Source: Dehalococcoidia bacterium (GTDB taxonomy: Bacteria > Chloroflexota > Dehalococcoidia > Plut-88900). Taken from it: a stretch of DNA of 64,000 bases. This document shows, piece by piece, positions 9,481 to 19,632 of this stretch (position 1 is the stretch's first letter; each line of letters begins with the position of its first letter). The notes beneath the pieces are model-generated. The model did no database searches, was not told where the DNA came from, and saw only the letters and a list, made by a program, of their open reading frames with translations. The position numbers and the translations under genes were made by a program. The DNA is taken from NCBI GenBank assembly GCA_965197645.1, contig OZ240219.1:2400001-2464000 (forward strand). Direction: 5' to 3'.

Positions 9481-10366
9481 CTTCGTTTCCAACCGGGTCG
9501 ATGGTTATCTGTCCGTCTTTCACTACAACCTTCACTCTACGTCCCACGCCGCCTTCTTCCAAGAACTGCCGAGGAAGCTGAAGCCGGCCCACCTGGTCCA
9601 CTACGACGTAGTCCTGGGCCTGCAGCTCGCCCGGCTTGGAGAAGGTCGGTCTCACTATAGTTTCGGAGCTGATCCTTCCGTCCCGGATGTACACCACACG
9701 ATCGACGAACTGGGCGATGCCCGGATAGTGGGTGACCACAACCGTGGTAACGCCGAGTCTCAGGTTCATCTCTCGCATGGTGTTGAGCACCATGTGTGCG
9801 TTTGCCGTATCCAGCTCCCCTGTTGGCTCGTCGGCCAGCAGTAGGGGAGGGCTGTTGGCCAGGGCCACCCCTATAGCCACCCGCTGCTGCTCGCCGCCCG
9901 ATAGCTCGTTGGGCATCCGGTTGGTCATCTTCTCTAGACCCATGGTCGATAGAAGCTCCATGGACCGCTCTCGCCTCTCTTTTGCGGGCAGGCCTGCGAT
10001 GGCCATCGGCAGCTCAATGTTGTCTCTAGCGCCCAGGTAGGGGACCAGGTTTCTGCCTATGGCCTGCCAGATGAAACCTACCTCCAGGCGCCGGTAGGTG
10101 AGCAGGTCGCTCTGGGTTATGCCAAGAAGGTCCCGTTCGCCGACCCGGACCGCGCCGGCCGAGGGAGTATCCAACCCGGCCAGGATGTTCAGCAGCGTGC
10201 TTTTGCCGCTCCCACTGGCCCCGACAATGGCCATCAGCTCGCCTTCGGCGATCTCCAGGTCCAACCCGCGCAGGGCCACGACCTCCAGCTCGGCACGCTT
10301 GTAGATTTTGAACAGGTCCTTACACTCTATGTAGGGTCCGTTCGCCTGTTCCTCCGTGTTCGTCAT
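9470..10366 (-). CDS. ABC transporter ATP-binding protein, LolD-like, with a C-terminal AbrB-like extension
   Basis: Motifs GASGSGKST, LSGGEQQR, ADEPTGELD; tail VVVDQVGRLQLPRQFLE..VKVVVKDGQITIDP. Confidence 0.88.
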   Translation of the reverse strand: MTNTEEQANGPYIECKDLFKIYKRAELEVVALRGLDLEIAEGELMAIVGASGSGKSTLLNILAGLDTPSAGAVRVGERDLLGITQSDLLTYRRLEVGFIWQAIGRNLVPYLGARDNIELPMAIAGLPAKERRERSMELLSTMGLEKMTNRMPNELSGGEQQRVAIGVALANSPPLLLADEPTGELDTANAHMVLNTMREMNLRLGVTTVVVTHYPGIAQFVDRVVYIRDGRISSETIVRPTFSKPGELQAQDYVVVDQVGRLQLPRQFLEEGGVGRRVKVVVKDGQITIDPVGNEDGR

Positions 10367-10372
10367 TGCGCG

Positions 10373-13300
10373 TTACTGCTCTCCGATTCTTAGTACCTTG
10401 TGGACCTGGAGCTTCCGCACCACCCACGCCAGAATGACGGAGGTGATTATACCTGCGCCGGCCAGCACCAGATAGTACCATACGAGGGTCATCCACTCGG
10501 TGCGGAGCGCCATCGGCGGCGTGATGCGCTGGCCCTCCTCGGCCCTCTCCATCAGCGGCAACAGGCTCTGCGCAAATGCGAAGCCTACCCCTGTGCCCAC
10601 CAGTATCGCCGTAAACACTATCATCGATAGCCCGAACCACAGAATCCCGTTTAGCTGCCGCCTGGATAGTCCTAAAGCCCTGACCAGCGCGAACTCCGTC
10701 TGGTGCTCCTTGGCGTCCATGAAGCTGTAGAGCATGACGCTAGAGGCGCTGGCGAGGACTACCGCGATGAAGGACAGCACCAGCAGTCCGCTCCAGCCGG
10801 TCGACAATAGTGGGTGGGACTGTCTCGATGCGACCTCGGAGGACGCCTCGACCACTTCCTGTACCTTTATCCCCAGCGACTCGAGGGGGACGGTTACGAC
10901 ACTGCTGTCCGCCTCCGGCGATATCGAGGCCCATAACTCGTTTGGCTTCGACAGCGAGCGAGCCGTTCGCAAATTGACATAATCAAGCAGGCTCTCCAGA
11001 TCAACCAGCACGAAGTTTTCGCTGGTGGCGAACAGGGTCGGTATGAAATCCTCCTCATTGACGACCTCTAGCGGCAAGGGAACGCTGTTTACCCGGACCA
11101 CAATGGTGTCGCCCTCCTTCGCCTCGCTTACATCCAGGAAACCCTTGTTGACGATAGCGGGGAGGGACGGAGGCGGCGGCGCAACTATTACCCCCCGGTT
11201 GCCCAGGCCTCCGGAGGACCACGCCACGAGGGCGCTGGTCTCGCCTGAGCGAAACACGGAGCGGGACGGGTCTATCGAGATGAGCCCCGGCGCCGTCGGG
11301 TCCTCGATCGGCTGCCAGTCCAGCTCATCTTCGAATTCTTCAAGCACGGTCAACCCATCAGGAGTGGTAACCGATACGTCGTCCATGAAGAGGGCGCCGG
11401 CCTCGTTGCCGAAGGTCTGGTCGATGAACAGGCCGCGAAGCGTGACGGGCGGCGCCGGTTCGATAGGCTGTCCCACGACCGTTGCGTCCGTATACAGGTT
11501 AGCGGATATGTAGCGCCAGTCCCTGAAGTCAAGGGTATAGGGATGGTAGCCGAAGTCGTCTACCGGCTCGTCCCGCCTGGACAGCCAGAGGTTGAAGAAC
11601 TGGCCGGTGGAGTCCTGAAGTCGAAGGACCACGCCGGCACTGCTGTCGGGCCTGACGGGACGTACCCACACCCCCACCTCAGTGGCATCGGGCGGCAGTT
11701 CCAGGCCTCGGTCAGGTGAGCCCTCGGGACGGATCTTCTCCATCATCTCTTCGAGGGACTGGGAAGAGAGATCCTCCCGGTACCAGGCTACGTCGGCAAA
11801 CGTTCCGGAGTCTATGGCCATCAACGTGACCTCCCTGCCCAGGCCGGCCGTGGTCAGAGATGCCCGCTGCCGATATATCAGACTGGCGGATTCAACCTCT
11901 TCACCGAAATCTATCTCCTGTCCGCCGCCGTACACCGGGGGAGTGGTCCTGCCTATCTGAAACTTCACCCTGACGTCCGCTCCGGCGTTGTACAGGGCTC
12001 GGTCTTCCTGGCTGCCCTGCAGCGAAGCGCTAAAGGTGCTGGCCACAACCCCCAGTCCCGTCGCCAGCATCACCAGCACCACGAGGGCGCCCGGAATGAT
12101 CGGGTCGCGAGCTATCCGCCTCAACGCCTGGACGGACCATACGACGTTCATACCTTCGGCGGCGCGGCTTATCACCCGTAGCGCCAATGGAAACACGCGC
12201 AACACTATAAGGCCGAGGGCAGCCAGCAACAGTATGGGGCCGATCAGCAGCGAGTAATCGATGGACAGTTCACTTTCGCCCAGCTCCCGCACCAGGAACG
12301 ATTCGTTCTCCTGCAGCTGCCAGTATATGAAGCCGATGACGCCCAGTAGCATAAAGTCCACGTAGTACCGGTGGATGAAGGGGACGCTGGGGGGCCTGGC
12401 CCCCATTTGACGGAACTGCACCACCCCATGCCGTGCCGTCACCAGGGCCGATATCGATAGCATGGCAACTGACAGTACGCCGCCACTGGCGCCCAGCAGG
12501 AACGCCCTCGGCGATAGGGCTACCGGGGCCAGACCGATCTCCGGAGACTCGGCGGCGAGGGCGTCCCCCAGCGTGGTCACTATTCCCAGGGCCAGGAAGG
12601 GGCCCAGGGCTATGGCCGGCACCGCTAGTATCAATCCCTCCACCAGCATCAGCAGAGTCACCTGAAGGGTAGTGGCGCCCCGGCTCTTCAGTACTGCGAT
12701 CTCTACGGACCGGGACCGAATGATCAGGGACGAGACCATGAACAGGTAGTACATGAGAATGGCGATGGACAAGATGACGAGGAGGAGCAGAGGCACCCGC
12801 GCAAGGGTGATCTGTTGTTTATAGTCGTCCAGTATCCTGCTCAGATGGGTCTGAACGCTGCTGTTCTCCAGGTTCAGCTCGATGTCGGTAGTCAGCTCCT
12901 CTAAGGCATTCTGAAGCCTTCCAATCTCCGACGTCCGAAGGTTTGGCTTGTCCAGGTAAAAGAACCAACTCTCCTCTGTGTACATGCCCGGATATCGGTC
13001 TGCCAGGGTCAGCAAAATACTGTCGGGCTGGGTGAACATCGGTATCCAGTTCCAGTTGGAGTTAGAGTAGCTGAGGGCATCGGATGCGCCGTACCAGAAA
13101 GACTCGTTCCGGTCCGTGATCCGGACGTGACCTACTAACCTCGCCCGTAGACGCTGCGGGTCTCCTCCCACGACGGCGGGCACGAGATCGACCTCGTCTC
13201 CCACCGAAACTCCCAGCAGCTCCATCCCCTGGGCGTCTACGACAAACTCCACCGGTTCTGCGGAGCTGGAGGGCAGCCGGCCCTCTACCACCGATAGGTG

Positions 13301-13726
13301 GTCCTCGAATTCCGTAATGTGCTGGAGCCTGCCTCGCGGCCGCACATGCTGCGCAAGCTCCAGGTGAGAGTGCCCCTCGAAGTAGAATGTCGAGGTGCGC
13401 AGCCACCGGGCCTCGTCGCCGTAGTATTCCTCGATGCCGGGTTGGATATCTTCGGTTATCAGTCTCTCGGCGTCCCGGTGGAACACCGAGTTCATGTTGT
13501 AGAAGTAGCGTACCTGCAGGTTCACCTCTTCGTCGGTGGAATCGGTAAGAGTGCGCTGCAGGGCGGCCTCTTCCAGCACTGCCGAGTAGATAACCCCTCC
13601 CGCCACCATCGCCACGGCCAGCAGAATGCCCAGCGCCACGGCCAGCTCCAGCTTCCAGTTGGACGCGATGCGCCTGAAGGCTATAACGGAAGCCAGCCTG
13701 AACAACGGTATGAGTCCCATTCTCAT
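10373..13726 (-). CDS. Large FtsX/MacB-like ABC permease
   Basis: 1117 aa; repeated TM blocks with EIAVLKSRGAT and EFALVRALGLS motifs; two large extracytoplasmic loops. Confidence 0.85.
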   Translation of the reverse strand: MRMGLIPLFRLASVIAFRRIASNWKLELAVALGILLAVAMVAGGVIYSAVLEEAALQRTLTDSTDEEVNLQVRYFYNMNSVFHRDAERLITEDIQPGIEEYYGDEARWLRTSTFYFEGHSHLELAQHVRPRGRLQHITEFEDHLSVVEGRLPSSSAEPVEFVVDAQGMELLGVSVGDEVDLVPAVVGGDPQRLRARLVGHVRITDRNESFWYGASDALSYSNSNWNWIPMFTQPDSILLTLADRYPGMYTEESWFFYLDKPNLRTSEIGRLQNALEELTTDIELNLENSSVQTHLSRILDDYKQQITLARVPLLLLVILSIAILMYYLFMVSSLIIRSRSVEIAVLKSRGATTLQVTLLMLVEGLILAVPAIALGPFLALGIVTTLGDALAAESPEIGLAPVALSPRAFLLGASGGVLSVAMLSISALVTARHGVVQFRQMGARPPSVPFIHRYYVDFMLLGVIGFIYWQLQENESFLVRELGESELSIDYSLLIGPILLLAALGLIVLRVFPLALRVISRAAEGMNVVWSVQALRRIARDPIIPGALVVLVMLATGLGVVASTFSASLQGSQEDRALYNAGADVRVKFQIGRTTPPVYGGGQEIDFGEEVESASLIYRQRASLTTAGLGREVTLMAIDSGTFADVAWYREDLSSQSLEEMMEKIRPEGSPDRGLELPPDATEVGVWVRPVRPDSSAGVVLRLQDSTGQFFNLWLSRRDEPVDDFGYHPYTLDFRDWRYISANLYTDATVVGQPIEPAPPVTLRGLFIDQTFGNEAGALFMDDVSVTTPDGLTVLEEFEDELDWQPIEDPTAPGLISIDPSRSVFRSGETSALVAWSSGGLGNRGVIVAPPPPSLPAIVNKGFLDVSEAKEGDTIVVRVNSVPLPLEVVNEEDFIPTLFATSENFVLVDLESLLDYVNLRTARSLSKPNELWASISPEADSSVVTVPLESLGIKVQEVVEASSEVASRQSHPLLSTGWSGLLVLSFIAVVLASASSVMLYSFMDAKEHQTEFALVRALGLSRRQLNGILWFGLSMIVFTAILVGTGVGFAFAQSLLPLMERAEEGQRITPPMALRTEWMTLVWYYLVLAGAGIITSVILAWVVRKLQVHKVLRIGEQ

Positions 13727-13741
13727 AGCTGTTGCGTTAAC

Positions 13742-16700
13742 CTATTCCGCTTCTCTCAGCGTCTGCGCCGTCTTTAGACGGCGGATCAGGTACGCACCGA
13801 AACCGATTGTCGCCAGGGTCACGAGGCCCAGGCCTGCGTATGACACCGCCAACAGCACCGCATCCGAGTTGCGCAGCACCGGCGGCACTATAGGCCGGCC
13901 GGTGGGAGTGACCTCCAGGTAGTCCAGGCTCCAGCCGCCCAACCAGTAGCCTACTAGGGTCCCCGCTACCATCGCTAGCGCCACCATCACCAGCTTTTCC
14001 AGCACCAGGGAGGCCAGGAGCTGCCTGGCCGAAAACCCCAACGCCCTTGCCACAGAGATGTCCGTGCGGCTCTGCCTGATTGATACCGAGCTGACCATGA
14101 TCAGGCCCAGCAACGCCGAGCCTATCAGCGCTATCAGCCCGAGTATCGTGACTCCCCGCCACGCTCCCGCCGACAGCGGGTCCTTCAGGACGGACTCGAC
14201 CTTTCCATGTCCTTCGGTAAGCAGTAGTGAAGGGGGCAGTGACGTTCGCAGATCGGCCATATACTGCTCTTGGCCGGGGCCGGGCGCTAACCAGATCTCG
14301 TTGGGATGTATGCGTTGGGTCGGCGAGAGGTGCTTGAGAAAAGCCTCGTAGTGATCGATGTTGATCAGAAGGAAATGGCCGTAGCTGGGATCCAGGGTTG
14401 GAAAGTACTGCACCTCCTCAACGACCTCGACCGGGACCAACGACCTATCGTTCCGCAGCTCGAATTGCTGACCTGCAACAAACCCGGGCCCCGCTATTAC
14501 CGGGACCGGAATGGGACCGGAGGGCAGGTAGATGCCGCGGTTGCCGAAACCCTGGGTTCTCCCGAAGCTGAAGTGAACACCCAGCTTTCCATTGCGAGCG
14601 GCCTCGGCGGTCATCTCTATCGCATCGGTCTCCTGGCTTCCTATCGGCAAGGCCATCCAGGACTGTTCCGTCTCGAACCCTTCGATGATCTGTCCTTCGG
14701 CGGGAAGGCCGTTCCCCCAGACCGTGACGTCGTCCAAACTGACCGCGCTATGCGAGGGCAGCAGTATGGAGCCGCTGAAGAACAGAGAGATCAGCTCGAA
14801 ATCGGTACGGCGCTGAGAGCCTGGTGGGATCACCGAGTCCCTATAATGATTGGGCAACTCCCCACTCAGCAGCTGCCAGTCGTTCTGGGCATCCAGCTCA
14901 CCCAATGCCACGTTGCTGTACCGGCCCGCCGCATCCTGGATTCTCGCCCAGACCTTCATTCTCTCCGGAGCCAAGCCCCGCTGGGCAAATGTCCAGACTC
15001 CGATGCTTTCCGCGTTGTCGGGAATCGGCATACCCGTGATTTCCGGTTGAGGCTTATCTAAGGCGGCCAGCAGCGATGCCAGGTCGCGGTCGGCGAAATC
15101 GGACCTGAACCAACTCACCGCAGGCAGGGAGGCCGGCTCCACTGCCAGTATGGTAACCGCAGGCTCGGTAGAGGCCCCCACCACTTGTATCCGGTCGCGG
15201 CGGACCGGCGTGGCCTCCAGTTCAGCGGGCAGCCTTTCCAGTAGAGGCTGGACGGCTTTGTTCGGCTCCTGCCGGCTCACTATGATGGCCGGCGCGCCCT
15301 GTTCGTACTGGGCTTGGTCCAGCTGGCTCCTGGTGAGGGTCGACTCGAAAGTGGCACCGAAGATGCCCAGCGCCGTGGCGCCCAACACTATCAGGGCCAG
15401 CGATCCGTGAAGCATCGGGTTTCGGGCCATGCGCTTGACAGCGAAGCTGGCCCAGGCCACGTTGAACTGTTCGACCGCCCAGGCTGCCGCCTTGAGGACC
15501 CAGGGGAACAATCGGAGGAACACCAGCGATGCGCCCAGCAGCATCAAGGCCGGGCTTATGAGAAGACTGGCGTCCACCTCCAGGCCGCCCAGCAGCCCCG
15601 AGCTGACGAATCCTCCCCTCTCCCGGGCCTGCCACCAGACCAGCCCTCCCAAAGCCAGCACCACCCAGTCCAGGTGGTACCGGTGCACCAAAGGCATCAT
15701 GGGCGGACGGGCCCGCTCCTTGAGGCTATCGGACGGGCTCAAGCGGGTCAGTCCGAAGGTTGCCAGCAGGAACAACAACAGGCCCACCAGTCCTATGATC
15801 GCTCCCAGACCGTACACCTGAAGCGAAAGCGAAGCGGATATGGTGGACGGGTCGACGCCGGGTGGATCGATGACGCCCTTCAGCCAAAGCTGGGTTATGG
15901 CGAAGCCCAGCAGCGGGCCCAACCCTATCGCCAGCAAGACCACGACCGTCATCTCCCCGAAGGTCAGCAGCATGGTCGTCTGTCCGGTGGTCGCTCCCCT
16001 GGACCGGAGCAGTGCGGCCTCCTCTTTGCGTATCTGGGCGAGTAGATTGACCGATATCAGCAGCAGGTAGAGAACCAACGCCACGACCATGGAGATGAAT
16101 AGGAACAGGGGTACCCGCACCAGCGATATGTCCCTATCGTATTCTGTGAGCAGATCGTCCAGCGCGGTGATCACCAGGGAACGGCCGAAATTCTTGTTTA
16201 TGTCCGCCTCTAATCGTTCCAGTTGAGCTTTCGGCCCCTCGATGTCGCCCGGGGTTAGCAGGTCGGGGTCTATGAAGACCTGCCACCAGTAGCTGGCGCT
16301 GAAGAAGGGGTATCTAGTACCGAATTGTTGAAAGTAGGCCTCTTCGGGGATGTGCAGCGGCACGATGCGCCGGTTGTTGTCCAGATCGGCGGTAAAGTCG
16401 GATACGTCTCCCAGCCAGTACAGATCCCGCCTATCGGCCGGCTCGATGATCCCCACGATGTGAACGGTGATCGCCTCGTCCTGGACGTCGAAGAAGGGAA
16501 TGATGTCGATAGTCTCGCCGGCTGTCCAGCCCATTATCCGTGCGGCATCGGCGCCTACGACAGCCTCCAATTCCAGTAGGGGGTCTTCCGCCGGGAGCAC
16601 CTGCGCCGCCCGTCCCTCGACTATCGTGGTGTGTTCGGCAAACCTCGTCTTGAAGGTAAACAATCCCAGAGGGGTTTCGAGGCCGAGCGGCTCCCCCGGT

Positions 16701-17044
16701 GACTGCCGAAGAAGAAATCGTTGCGTACGCGCCAGCCGCTCCTGGGACTCCCGCATCCAGCCGATCTCCCCGGTGATCGCCCGCTCTAATACCTCGTTCA
16801 GCTCGACATAGTCCACAGGGCCGGTGGGACGGTCCGGAATCATTATCTGGGTGTTGAGCCCGACAGGAGACGCCGACGCTATCTTGTGTCTCAGCCCGGC
16901 CTCGGCCTGCAGCTCCGTGTAGATGTACGCCGCCGATACCAGGGTCACCGAGACCAGAACGGCAAAAGTGGCCAGAAGAAGCATAGCCCAGGTTGTCCTG
17001 AGCCTTTGCCGAAAGTTATAGAACAGGAGCTTCAGCCAGTCCAT
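13742..17044 (-). CDS. Large FtsX/MacB-like ABC permease, paralog
   Basis: 1100 aa; motifs EAALLRSRGAT and DISVARALGFS; same architecture as the downstream gene. Confidence 0.85.
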   Translation of the reverse strand: MDWLKLLFYNFRQRLRTTWAMLLLATFAVLVSVTLVSAAYIYTELQAEAGLRHKIASASPVGLNTQIMIPDRPTGPVDYVELNEVLERAITGEIGWMRESQERLARTQRFLLRQSPGEPLGLETPLGLFTFKTRFAEHTTIVEGRAAQVLPAEDPLLELEAVVGADAARIMGWTAGETIDIIPFFDVQDEAITVHIVGIIEPADRRDLYWLGDVSDFTADLDNNRRIVPLHIPEEAYFQQFGTRYPFFSASYWWQVFIDPDLLTPGDIEGPKAQLERLEADINKNFGRSLVITALDDLLTEYDRDISLVRVPLFLFISMVVALVLYLLLISVNLLAQIRKEEAALLRSRGATTGQTTMLLTFGEMTVVVLLAIGLGPLLGFAITQLWLKGVIDPPGVDPSTISASLSLQVYGLGAIIGLVGLLLFLLATFGLTRLSPSDSLKERARPPMMPLVHRYHLDWVVLALGGLVWWQARERGGFVSSGLLGGLEVDASLLISPALMLLGASLVFLRLFPWVLKAAAWAVEQFNVAWASFAVKRMARNPMLHGSLALIVLGATALGIFGATFESTLTRSQLDQAQYEQGAPAIIVSRQEPNKAVQPLLERLPAELEATPVRRDRIQVVGASTEPAVTILAVEPASLPAVSWFRSDFADRDLASLLAALDKPQPEITGMPIPDNAESIGVWTFAQRGLAPERMKVWARIQDAAGRYSNVALGELDAQNDWQLLSGELPNHYRDSVIPPGSQRRTDFELISLFFSGSILLPSHSAVSLDDVTVWGNGLPAEGQIIEGFETEQSWMALPIGSQETDAIEMTAEAARNGKLGVHFSFGRTQGFGNRGIYLPSGPIPVPVIAGPGFVAGQQFELRNDRSLVPVEVVEEVQYFPTLDPSYGHFLLINIDHYEAFLKHLSPTQRIHPNEIWLAPGPGQEQYMADLRTSLPPSLLLTEGHGKVESVLKDPLSAGAWRGVTILGLIALIGSALLGLIMVSSVSIRQSRTDISVARALGFSARQLLASLVLEKLVMVALAMVAGTLVGYWLGGWSLDYLEVTPTGRPIVPPVLRNSDAVLLAVSYAGLGLVTLATIGFGAYLIRRLKTAQTLREAE

Positions 17045-17332
17045 CGGCTGAATCGTCGGTCCTTTACATCTTCAGTATCGACTATAGAAACGGCGGCTTC
17101 GCCGCTTCGCCGTGCTATTGTAGATAACGCCTGTAGCCCCCTGGGGGTCGAGTTGTATATGTATCGCCTCGACGGACACTGGGAATTGAGGTAACGCTGC
17201 AGGTATCAACTTTGGGTGCGACTGAAACGATGCGGTTGAAGGTCGTACCCAGCGGGTTACAGGGTTCTTGGAGGCGCCTTTCGACTACATGGCTGCGGGG
17301 GCGGCCCTGCGCCTACCTCTGGCGCTGCCTGT

Positions 17333-17361
17333 ACCGTAGCAAAGGCCGATGGGTCTGTCAA
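17333..17361 (-). promoter_or_regulatory. Candidate sigma70 promoter of the ABC operon
   Basis: Minus strand: TTGACA (17361-17356), 17-nt spacer ending in TGC, then TACGGT (17338-17333). Confidence 0.4.
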
Positions 17362-17410
17362 GAATTTCACAAACTCCACCGGAACGGATCGATCTGCGGA
17401 TGTAATTCGA

Positions 17411-17515
17411 GGAGTCCAGAGGGCTTTCCTCTGGCAGGAGGCCTGGGGGATGTTCCCCTGGAACATTAAACATCCCAGGGCGGGAGGGAGGGAAAACCAA
17501 CCTGGGGTGGGGGAA
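17411..17515. repeat. Family D multi-hairpin repeat (GGAGTCCAGAGGG..CCTCTGGCAGG..TGGGGG..CCCC..AGGGCGGG)
   Basis: Similar to 19231-19330 and 25994-26119. Confidence 0.75.
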
Positions 17516-17647
17516 TTCTGACCTCTAGCGGTACCGCGCGGTCTCGAGTACACCATCTTGCCAGCCGGAGCGGGCTGCGGTAAGCTCATCCATATCTACA
17601 CGCGTCTCCAGTCCAACCTATAAATCTCGGTTTCAGGAGGTCATGAA

Positions 17648-19207
17648 ATGGCTGACGCTCAGTACGACGCGATAATCATCGGCGGGGGCCACAACGGCCT
17701 CGTCACCGCCGGCTACCTGGCCAAGGAGGGCCTCTCCGTGCTGGTGCTGGAGCGGCAGGACGTAATCGGCGGCGCCTGCATCACAGAGGAGCTTTACCCG
17801 GGGTTCCGGGTGCCCTACTGCGCGTACATCTGCTACCTCCTTCAGGGCCGGGTAATCGACGATCTGAAGCTCCGTGACTACGGCCTTGAGATCATTCCCC
17901 TGGAGTACGGCACCTTCCATCCCTATCCCGATGGCAGGCACATCCAGCCGGACGGTCGTAACGAACACCAGTCCACCGCCCAGCAGATCGCCCAATTCTC
18001 CGAGCACGATGCGCGGGCGTACCCCGAGTGGGCCTCCTTCTTCGACAAGGCCTCGGAGTTGATGTACCGCTACTGGCTCAAAGAGCCTCCGACCCTCGCC
18101 CAGATATTCGAAGACGTTCGAGGCACGAGAAATGAGCAGGTCTGGGAGACGATGCTTACCGTGAGTGTGCGAGACCTGCTGGACCAACACTTCGAGTCTG
18201 AGCACGTCAAAGCCAACTTCGTCCAGGCGATGGACACGGGAGACCCCAGCGCACCCGGCAGCATCCTCAGTGCCGCCTACTACGACTGCGCCCGGTTCAG
18301 CAAGCGGGAGAACGTCGGAATCCCACGCGGCAGCATGGGCGCCATCACCCAGGCCATGGCCAGGTCCGCAGAGGCCCGGGGCGTGGAGCTTCGAGTAGGG
18401 GCGCTCGTCGAAAAGGTGCTGGTGGACGGTGGCATCGCCAAGGGAGTTCGAATGGCCAACGGAGAAGAGATTTACAGCCGTATCGTGGTCTCTGACGCCG
18501 ATCCGAAACGCACCTACCTATCCCTGGTCGAGGAGGAGGATCTGAGCCAGGACTTCATCGGTAAGGTAAAGAGCCTTACTACCAGAGCCAACTGCGTCAA
18601 GTTCCTAGCCGCTCTCAGCGAGCTTCCCGACTTCAGCCGGTACCTGGGTGCAGACTTCGATTCCAGGCGCATCGTCGCCACCCACATCTGCCCCTCTGTC
18701 GACTACTACCAGCAGAGCTGGGACGCCTGCAAAGCGGGCATCCCCTCCAGCTATCCCATTATGGATGTGCAGATACCTTCCATCGTAGACCCGGCGCTGT
18801 CGCCTCCCGGCCATCATTCCCTCTCCGCCTGGTGTCTCTACTATCCGGCCGATCCCAAGACAGGCTCCTGGGACGACCTCGGCAAACAGGTCGGCGAGCA
18901 GATCATCGACGTGCTGACCGAGTACGCTCCCAACTTCCGCAAGGCGATTGTCGATTGGACGGTCCAGACCCCCAAGGACATCGAGATTCGAGAGGGTATG
19001 ACCGACGGTAATATCCGTCACATCGATATCACTGCGGAGCAGATGTTTGCCGGCCGGATGCCCTACCGCGCGCCCATCGAGAATATGTACATGTGCGGGG
19101 CGGGCACCCATCCCGGCGGCGAGGTTACCGCGGCGCCCGGGCACAACGCAGCCAAGGCCATCATCAAGGACCTGAGGCGCGCAGCCGAGCTTCAGCCCGT
19201 GGGATAA
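17648..19207 (+). CDS. Phytoene-dehydrogenase-like NAD(P)/FAD oxidoreductase (PYROXD2-like), paralog 1
   Basis: Motifs IIGGGHNGLVTAGYLA, LERQDVIGGA, GSMGAIT, YMCGAGTHPGGEVTAAPGHNAA; AGGAGG RBS. Confidence 0.88.
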   Translation: MADAQYDAIIIGGGHNGLVTAGYLAKEGLSVLVLERQDVIGGACITEELYPGFRVPYCAYICYLLQGRVIDDLKLRDYGLEIIPLEYGTFHPYPDGRHIQPDGRNEHQSTAQQIAQFSEHDARAYPEWASFFDKASELMYRYWLKEPPTLAQIFEDVRGTRNEQVWETMLTVSVRDLLDQHFESEHVKANFVQAMDTGDPSAPGSILSAAYYDCARFSKRENVGIPRGSMGAITQAMARSAEARGVELRVGALVEKVLVDGGIAKGVRMANGEEIYSRIVVSDADPKRTYLSLVEEEDLSQDFIGKVKSLTTRANCVKFLAALSELPDFSRYLGADFDSRRIVATHICPSVDYYQQSWDACKAGIPSSYPIMDVQIPSIVDPALSPPGHHSLSAWCLYYPADPKTGSWDDLGKQVGEQIIDVLTEYAPNFRKAIVDWTVQTPKDIEIREGMTDGNIRHIDITAEQMFAGRMPYRAPIENMYMCGAGTHPGGEVTAAPGHNAAKAIIKDLRRAAELQPVG

Positions 19208-19230
19208 CCGCCTCGTACGCACGCGATCCG

Positions 19231-19632
19231 GGGAGTCCAGGGGGCTTCCCTCTTGCAGGGGGTTGGGGGACGTGCCCCCAGATACAAGACGTCTCAGGGT
19301 GGGTGGGAGGGAAGAACCACCTGGGGCGGAGCGTCCCATGCAGACCTGGCGAGATTGCCACGCCCCGACTTTGTCGGGCCTCGCAATGACGAAGGTTTAG
19401 ACTCAACCCAACCGTGGTCGTCGTTGCGAGCGAGGGGGAGTTCGTCTTAGAGGGGTGAGGGAGCGAAGCAATCTAGTCCGCTTCGACCATCTCCCTGGCT
19501 CTCTTCCCGGGGTGGGGAATTGACGAATGCGATCCAGGGCGTGCGGAATCCCCCGAACCTGACCCAGATTCCCGCGAAATGGGCCGCGCCCTTGTCTTCC
19601 CTCGTGTTATGGGTGCAGGGCATCGCCCTGCC
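19231..19632. repeat. Composite repeat cluster: family D (19231-19330), family A (19342-19391), degenerate inverted A (19419-19473), module E (19590-19632)
   Basis: Direct comparison with the other copies in the window; lies between convergent genes. Confidence 0.8.

Noticed and set aside
17270-17325. Lysine-riboswitch-like words (AGAGG..GCGC..GAAAGG) on the minus strand
   Set aside because: The spacing and downstream conserved elements do not fit, and the gene context is unrelated.
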